From an uncultured bacterium (lineage in GTDB: Bacteria; Acidobacteriota; Thermoanaerobaculia; Multivoradales; JAHZIX01), in contig CBDUPA010000050.1 in assembly GCA_965368975.1 (NCBI GenBank), positions 1 to 12,498 of the forward strand: DNA of 12,498 nucleotides. The letters are read 5' to 3'. Shown in pieces: positions 7,825 through 12,498 of this stretch. The notes beneath the pieces are model-generated. The model saw only the letters and a program-made list of their open reading frames with translations, ran no database searches and was not told where the DNA came from. Every line of letters begins with the position of its first letter. Position 1 is the stretch's first letter. The position numbers and the translations under genes are program-made.

Positions 7825-7874
7825 GTTGTATTCGCGAACACGGCGAATGGTCAACGGGACCAGCTCGGATTTCT
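7825..7874 (-). promoter_or_regulatory. Putative sigma70-type promoter, copy 2 of the duplicated motif
   Basis: AGAAATCCGA-N4-GTCCCG-TTGACC-18 nt-TACAAC upstream of the 138-aa gene. Confidence 0.55.
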
Positions 7875-7907
7875 CGTGGAGGGGCCGAGTTTCCAAGATT
7901 TCGGCGG

Positions 7908-9062
7908 TCATCCAACGAGAATCTCGTCCAGCCTGTCTGCCCAACGTGCCAAGGCTTCGGCCTTCTCGGGGTCGTACGAGTGGCGATCGTAAAGCGAGGT
8001 GACACCACTCTCGATATGGTTGAGCAGCTTCGAGACGACCAGGCGAGAGATACCCATCGACGTCATGAAGCTGGCCGCCGTGCGGCGTAGGTCATGCGGT
8101 GTGAACGCGATGCCGGACCGCTCGGCAAGACGTTCGGCCGCACTCTGCACCGAGGCAATGGGACGGCCCGGCTTGCGCGGGCTGGCGAAGATCCAGCCCG
8201 AGTTTCCGGTCACAGGGCGCAGCTCGTCGAGCAGGTCCCGCACCTGGGGAACCAGCGGCACGCGGTGCGTCAAGCCGTTCTTGGCCACCTCGGCGGGAAT
8301 CGTCCACCAAGAGCCGTCGATGTGTCGCCAGCGCATCTTCAGGACCTCGACGCCCCGCTGCGCGGTCAGAAGGCGCATCTTGAAGGTGGCGCCCATGGCC
8401 GGGGCCTCGTCTTCGAGTAGCGCCCACAACTGACGGATCTCGTCTTCACTGAGCACCCGTTCGCGCGGACGTTCCCGCGCCGGCATCGGCACGAACAAGC
8501 ACGGATTGTGCTCGACCAGCCCGCGTCCGATCCCGAAGTTGAAGATCTTGGAGACCAGCGCCTTGACCCGGTTGGCCATGATCGGCGCACCTCGGGAAAC
8601 GATGCCGTCCAGCAGTTCGGTCACCTCGCTGCGCTCCAGGCTCTGTGCCTTGCGGCTCTTCCAGTGCGGCAGAAGCTCAACGCGCAGGATGCGCTCATCT
8701 TCCCTCCAGCTGCGCTTCTTGACCTTGGCGTGACGCTCCAGGTAGATGTCGGCCAGTTCCCCGAAGGTCGGCGCTTCGCGCACGGCGACCTTCTCGACCT
8801 GCGGGTCTTCACCCTTGGCAATGGCGGCCAGCTTCGCGCGGGCTTGGTCGCGCGCCTCAGCGAGGCTCATGACGGGATACATTCCGAGGGTGAGCCGCCG
8901 CTTGCTGCCGTTGGCGCCCTGGTAGCGCACGATGAACGTCTTGCGACCGCTCTGCGAGACGCGCACACCGAAACCGGGCAGTTGCTCGTCCCAGTAGTCG
9001 GTCATCCACTTGCCGGCGGTGAGGGTGTCGATGATGCGGTGGGTCAGGTGGACTTTAGGCAT
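7908..9062 (-). CDS. Tyrosine integrase with N-terminal arm-binding domain (P4-like/DUF4102 type), 384 aa
   Basis: N-terminal WDEQLPGFGVRVSQSGRKTFIVRY...LTLG.YP.MSLAEAR. Catalytic LLTAQR, AKNG, HDLRRT, LNH, LYDRH. SD GAGGT. Confidence 0.95.
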   Translation of the reverse strand: MPKVHLTHRIIDTLTAGKWMTDYWDEQLPGFGVRVSQSGRKTFIVRYQGANGSKRRLTLGMYPVMSLAEARDQARAKLAAIAKGEDPQVEKVAVREAPTFGELADIYLERHAKVKKRSWREDERILRVELLPHWKSRKAQSLERSEVTELLDGIVSRGAPIMANRVKALVSKIFNFGIGRGLVEHNPCLFVPMPARERPRERVLSEDEIRQLWALLEDEAPAMGATFKMRLLTAQRGVEVLKMRWRHIDGSWWTIPAEVAKNGLTHRVPLVPQVRDLLDELRPVTGNSGWIFASPRKPGRPIASVQSAAERLAERSGIAFTPHDLRRTAASFMTSMGISRLVVSKLLNHIESGVTSLYDRHSYDPEKAEALARWADRLDEILVG

Positions 9063-9072
9063 CGTCCCGACC

Positions 9073-9330
9073 TCAACGAACCGGCTGGACCAGACACCAC
9101 TGGCCCGTGTCTACGACCGTGATCGAGGCGTACAGCTCGACACCCAAGACTCGCCCAGCTTCGCGCAGCCGGTGCGTGAAGCGCTCATCCTGCCGGCTCG
9201 GCTTCGGATTGCCCGAGGGGTGGTTGTGCCCGACTGCGATCGCTCGGGCCTGCGCCAACAGCGCCGGCGTCAGGATGCCGCGTGGCTCGGCTTGGGCGCC
9301 GGTCAGGGTGCCGATGTAGGGAACGCTCGG
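9073..9330 (-). pseudogene. radC: 5'-truncated RadC-like JAB-domain gene
   Basis: The frame extends upstream of the ORF-track start: SVPYIGTLTGAQAEPRGILTPALLAQARAIAVGHNHPSGNPKPSRQD...LREAGRVLGVEL. An in-frame TAG sits at 9331-9333 and the N-terminal E-x(n)-LD strand is absent. Confidence 0.85.
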
Positions 9331-9411
9331 CTACCTTTGAACGAGAGCGGCAACCCCAAGAAAACCGTCGAATGACCTGCCCCTCTCGACTTTTGACTAA
9401 ATGACAGGGGC

Positions 9412-9440
9412 TTGAAAAGTCTGCCATTTGTGCCTATAGT
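9412..9440 (+). promoter_or_regulatory. Sigma70-type promoter of the integrase
   Basis: TTGAAA (9412-9417)-17 nt-TATAGT (9435-9440), near consensus. Confidence 0.7.
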
Positions 9441-9513
9441 CGGAATGTCCTGTTTACGCTGCGCTTACATGGCGCCTCCAGCTTACGCAGGACTTACCGG
9501 AATCGAGGCCCAA

Positions 9514-10767
9514 ATGGCAGTGAAAAAGCTCACCCAGACGATCGTCGATGACGCCGAGTTCGACATGAAACCACGGGCGCCCAAGACACAGTACATCTGG
9601 GATGCCAAAGTTGTTGGCTTGGGCCTTCGATTGTTTCCCAGCGGTAGACACAAATGGTATCTCCGCTACACCCGGAGGTCTGACAACCGACCTCGAACCA
9701 TGCCGCTTGCGTTCGCGGGACAAGTCAGCCTGAAGGATGCGAGGAACGCAGCGCAGCAGTACCTGGCGCGTGTCATTCTTGGTGCTGATCCCCTCGGCGA
9801 GAAGATCGAGACCCGCGTCCGGCGAAATAGCGGGCCGACCCTTACTGATCTACGCGAGAGGTACCGCAATGAGATCGAGGCTCGCAACGCTGAAGTGACA
9901 CGCAGGAAGAAGGGGATCCACTGGCGAAAGATCCTAGAATTCTTCGGAGAGAAGACGCCTTTGGAAGAGATTCGGCGCGAAGAGGTGCTGGCACTCTTTC
10001 AGCACCTCTCGGACCAACCCAACACTGCCAACGAAGTCGTGCACAAGCTCCTTGCCCAGGCCCTCAGGATGGCTGCAGAAAACTGGACCTATCCAGACGG
10101 TTCGCCTTGGTACCCTCATCGCCTTCCAACTAAGGGCATTGCAAGGCATCCTGAACGAAAGCGCCTCCGATCGTTCACCGGGAAAGAGATGCGCCGAATC
10201 TTGGATGCTTGTCGGGAACTACTGCCCGAGCACCCTGCTGCCTACTCCGCCATCCCGCTGATTGCCACAACCGGAGCCCGTACCGGCGAGATCACCGGGT
10301 CCGATTCTTCCGCGAAATGGTCCGGCTACCAGCCAGAGTTCAGGAAGCTGGTTCTGCCCAGAGGCAAGGGCGATACTCACGAGATTCAAGGAAGGCAGAT
10401 CTTTGTACCCGACGTGGCTAGCGAAGCTCTAGAAAGACTTCAGCAATTACGGCGCTCCGACTGGCTCGTACCGGGGCACCGCGCAGGCAATACCCTTTCA
10501 GGCGCTAGCTTGAGGAAGTACTTCGAACACGTTGCGAAGGTCGCCGGACTTTCCAAGGTCGGCGACGACGCGCCCACCCCGCATGTTCTCCGCCACACCT
10601 TCATTACCGTAGCCGACGAAGCGGGCATCCCGTTCCAGATGATTGGACGCCTGGTAGGGCATCGGTTGAGCGGTTCCATGACCGCGCGTTACTCACACCC
10701 AAGCGACAGAATCCTGGCACAGCACGCAAACCAAGCGGGTGAAGCCCTGATGCGCTACGCGAGGTGA
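9514..10767 (+). CDS. Tyrosine integrase with arm-binding domain (417 aa)
   Basis: KLTQTIVD...IWDAKVVGLGLRLFPSGRHKWYLRY arm domain. Catalytic TTGARTGEI, GKG, HVLRHTF, LVGH, MTARY. ATG at 9514 has SD GAGG; the ORF-track start at 9412 is the -35 box. Confidence 0.93.
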   Translation: MAVKKLTQTIVDDAEFDMKPRAPKTQYIWDAKVVGLGLRLFPSGRHKWYLRYTRRSDNRPRTMPLAFAGQVSLKDARNAAQQYLARVILGADPLGEKIETRVRRNSGPTLTDLRERYRNEIEARNAEVTRRKKGIHWRKILEFFGEKTPLEEIRREEVLALFQHLSDQPNTANEVVHKLLAQALRMAAENWTYPDGSPWYPHRLPTKGIARHPERKRLRSFTGKEMRRILDACRELLPEHPAAYSAIPLIATTGARTGEITGSDSSAKWSGYQPEFRKLVLPRGKGDTHEIQGRQIFVPDVASEALERLQQLRRSDWLVPGHRAGNTLSGASLRKYFEHVAKVAGLSKVGDDAPTPHVLRHTFITVADEAGIPFQMIGRLVGHRLSGSMTARYSHPSDRILAQHANQAGEALMRYAR

Positions 10768-11178
10768 TCAGCCGACCTTGCGGCCGTTGTCGCCCAGCAG
10801 CACGAGACCACGCCGTGCACCATCCTTGCCGCCGCTGGCCGCGTTCTGACGGCCACCGTTGGGCCGCAACCGGGAGTACAGTGTCATCGCCGAGTTGATC
10901 AACGTGGCCTTGGCGTTCGGCTTGATCTCTGGATCAAACAGCACCTCGCGCGCGTAGTCGAGAAGCGGGTCCCCGGAAACCGCCCGGGCATTGAGAAAGC
11001 CTTCGGTGAAGTCGCTGTCTCGATCATCGACGAGCCAGCCGTACACGGTCCCCACCGGGACGCCTACCTCGTCGCAGGCCTCTTGCATCGTCTTGCCTTG
11101 CGAGATCAGCCAGATGATTTTCTTGCCCTTCGAGGGTTTGTACGTGCTCGGTCGCCCAGGACCCTTTCGCTGTGCCAC
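10768..11178 (-). CDS. Terminase small subunit-like HTH protein (Sf6/P22-type N-terminus), ~136 aa
   Basis: GRPSTYKP...IIWLISQGKTMQEACDEVGVPVGTVYGWL...F...AR matches the TerS-like pattern GRP..Y....I...I..G.S...C......TV..WL. GTG at 11178 lies 7 nt after a TATCAT hexamer; TTG at 11208 is an alternative start. Confidence 0.65.
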   Translation of the reverse strand: MAQRKGPGRPSTYKPSKGKKIIWLISQGKTMQEACDEVGVPVGTVYGWLVDDRDSDFTEGFLNARAVSGDPLLDYAREVLFDPEIKPNAKATLINSAMTLYSRLRPNGGRQNAASGGKDGARRGLVLLGDNGRKVG

Positions 11179-11217
11179 GGGGCCTATGATACCGACCCGC
11201 GCTGTCAACCTGCGAAG

Positions 11218-11862
11218 CTACTCCGTTTCGACCGCAACCTCGACGCCGGCAGCCACAGTCAGCTCCTCGACGAGTTGATCGAGTCCATAGCGACTCAGGG
11301 TTTCCGGACCTGGCGGGAACAGCCGCTCGAAGAGCTGCCAGGGCTCGGCGCCGATGGCGGCCAGGATCTCGAAGTACGAGCGAATCGAGTAGCCGAACTG
11401 GCGCTGAATCTTGCGGTACGTGGTGCGCTGCTTCGGGTCGTTACCGAGCAACTCGTCGATCGCTCGGAACGAGAGGCCGGATTGCTTGACTAGCTCCGAC
11501 ATGATCCCGCTCACCCGCTCTTCGAACTTCCCCACCGACACCGCGACTACCGGCGACGCGGTGGGCTGAAGCCTGCGGCGCATCTCGATCACCAGCTCGC
11601 GTAGCTCCTTCGTCGGCTCGAACTCCTCCGGCGGTGCAAAGACCTCCAGGAACAGCTCGCGTGCTGGACGGTCTAGCGCCTGTGAGATGACGAAGATCAG
11701 TTCCCAGTCGAAACCGTGGTTCTGGTTCAGGCGCTGATTGGCGTACGGGAGTACCTCGTTCTGGAAGGCAAGCAACGTCCCAAACTGCGCCTTGATGGCG
11801 AGCTTCAGGTGCTTTGACAGGTGAGCACAGTTGCGGTCCGCAGCTCCTTCGAAGGAGTTCAT
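11218..11862 (-). CDS. Putative repressor with two tandem XRE-like HTH domains (214 aa)
   Basis: Internal duplication: LKLAIKAQFGTL...LIFVISQALDRPARELFLEVFAPP and MSELVKQSGLSFRAIDELLG...YFEILAAIGAEPWQLFERLFPP. Divergent from a Cro-like gene. Confidence 0.65.
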   Translation of the reverse strand: MNSFEGAADRNCAHLSKHLKLAIKAQFGTLLAFQNEVLPYANQRLNQNHGFDWELIFVISQALDRPARELFLEVFAPPEEFEPTKELRELVIEMRRRLQPTASPVVAVSVGKFEERVSGIMSELVKQSGLSFRAIDELLGNDPKQRTTYRKIQRQFGYSIRSYFEILAAIGAEPWQLFERLFPPGPETLSRYGLDQLVEELTVAAGVEVAVETE

Positions 11863-11939
11863 AGAAGGCAGTGTAGCGGATACCGTGTATCGGCATCAAG
11901 ATTATTGACATTTCGCCTATCGTACGTCACCATCGAGCC
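11863..11939. promoter_or_regulatory. Back-to-back divergent promoters with a candidate operator
   Basis: Minus strand: TTGATG (11899-11894)-18-TACACT (11875-11870). Plus strand: TTGACA (11905-11910)-17-CACCAT (11928-11933). Dyad GCGGATAC-CGT-GTATCGGC at 11876-11894. Confidence 0.7.
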
Positions 11940-12197
11940 ATGGAACAGAAAAGACAGCAGGAGAACATCAGCCATGGCGATCTACGGTCGTACCGAGAGG
12001 CCCAAGGCTGGACCCAAGCAACGCTCGCAAACGCGGCCGGCCTGACCCTCGGAACCGTCAGTCGCGTCGAGAACGGGGGCACCCCGAAGCACGAGACCAT
12101 CGAAAAGCTCGCCGCTGCCTTCCAAGCACAGCCCGAGGTCGTGTATGGGTGGTGCCGGAATAGCTGGCTGGCTTCGCGAAGGCTTCCCAGGAGCTGA
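11940..12197 (+). CDS. XRE/Cro-family HTH transcriptional regulator (85 aa)
   Basis: LRSYREAQGWTQATLANAAGLTLGTVSRVENG..P..ETIEKLAAAF is a canonical HTH_3 pattern. Confidence 0.92.
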   Translation: MEQKRQQENISHGDLRSYREAQGWTQATLANAAGLTLGTVSRVENGGTPKHETIEKLAAAFQAQPEVVYGWCRNSWLASRRLPRS

Positions 12198-12199
12198 CA

Positions 12200-12498
12200 A
12201 TGGCCCAAGGACGACGCCACCCCCTAGATCACGCCGAACGCGCGGCAGACTGGCTCCTGAACCGCATAGGCGGCGCCTGTGCCCGCGTCGAGGTCGCCGG
12301 CAGCCTGCGCCGACGCGAGCCCGAGGTTTCAGACCTGGATCTCGTGATCATCCCGCGAGTCGTTTCCGTCGCGTCCGCCGGGCAGCTCAAGTTGTTCGGC
12401 GGAACCCAGAACGCGGAACGGAACTTGCTGCACGAGCTGCTGAGCAACAAGAGCGAGTGCACCGCGTGCGGAGTCTGGCACCCCGACGAACCCGGCTA
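12200..12498 (+). CDS. Minimal DNA polymerase X-like nucleotidyltransferase, 3'-incomplete (not in the ORF track)
   Basis: SD AGGAG at 12189-12193 and ATG at 12200. My translation: MAQGRRHPLDHAERAADWLLNRIGGACARVEVAGSLRRREPEVSDLDLVIIPRVVSVASAGQLKLFGG... It contains the Pol beta/PolX signature AGSLRR-x6-DxD and is open to the window edge. Confidence 0.85.
   Translation, partial: MAQGRRHPLDHAERAADWLLNRIGGACARVEVAGSLRRREPEVSDLDLVIIPRVVSVASAGQLKLFGGTQNAERNLLHELLSNKSECTACGVWHPDEPG

Larger units (their letters stand above)
9331..12498. mobile_element. End of a prophage- or satellite-like integrated element (continues beyond the window)
   Basis: Integrase next to the radC breakpoint, followed by a TerS-like gene, a divergent repressor/Cro-like pair and an early nucleotidyltransferase gene. 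Confidence 0.65.

Noticed and set aside
6197-9122. Long antisense ORFs (6197-6991 +, 8508-9122 +, and 1889-2524 + elsewhere)
   Set aside because: Shadow frames of well-supported genes on the opposite strand.
9373-9384. TGACCTGCCCCT as an IS3-family left end
   Set aside because: The match is short and no transposase follows. It is better explained as part of the att-arm/dyad region.
12229-12462. 77-aa minus-strand ORF from the track
   Set aside because: It lies antisense to the much better supported PolX-like frame starting at 12200.

Overview
GC-rich bacterial window made almost entirely of nested mobile DNA. Left to right: (1) 1-1064 is a pile of IS debris: an IS21-type end, two fused IS3-family transposase fragments and two stacked IS3-type right ends. 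(2) 1277-4780 is a large cargo gene (~1167 aa) with Gly-rich GGX/collagen-like repeats, two IPT/TIG domains and a papain-like Cys/His/Asn motif set. (3) About 1.2 kb of apparently non-coding, motif-rich DNA follows. (4) A minus-strand module comes next: a simple tyrosine recombinase, a small AbrB-like protein, an arm-type integrase and a 5'-truncated RadC/JAB gene; the first two share a duplicated promoter motif. (5) From ~9331 is the end of a prophage- or satellite-like element that appears to have interrupted radC: arm-type integrase, small-terminase-like HTH gene, tandem-HTH repressor, divergent Cro-like HTH, and a minimal PolX-like nucleotidyltransferase with a beta-clamp-binding-like motif that runs off the window and is absent from the supplied ORF track. 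No rRNA, tRNA or CRISPR array was seen. All protein calls come from motif recognition by eye; no database searches were run.
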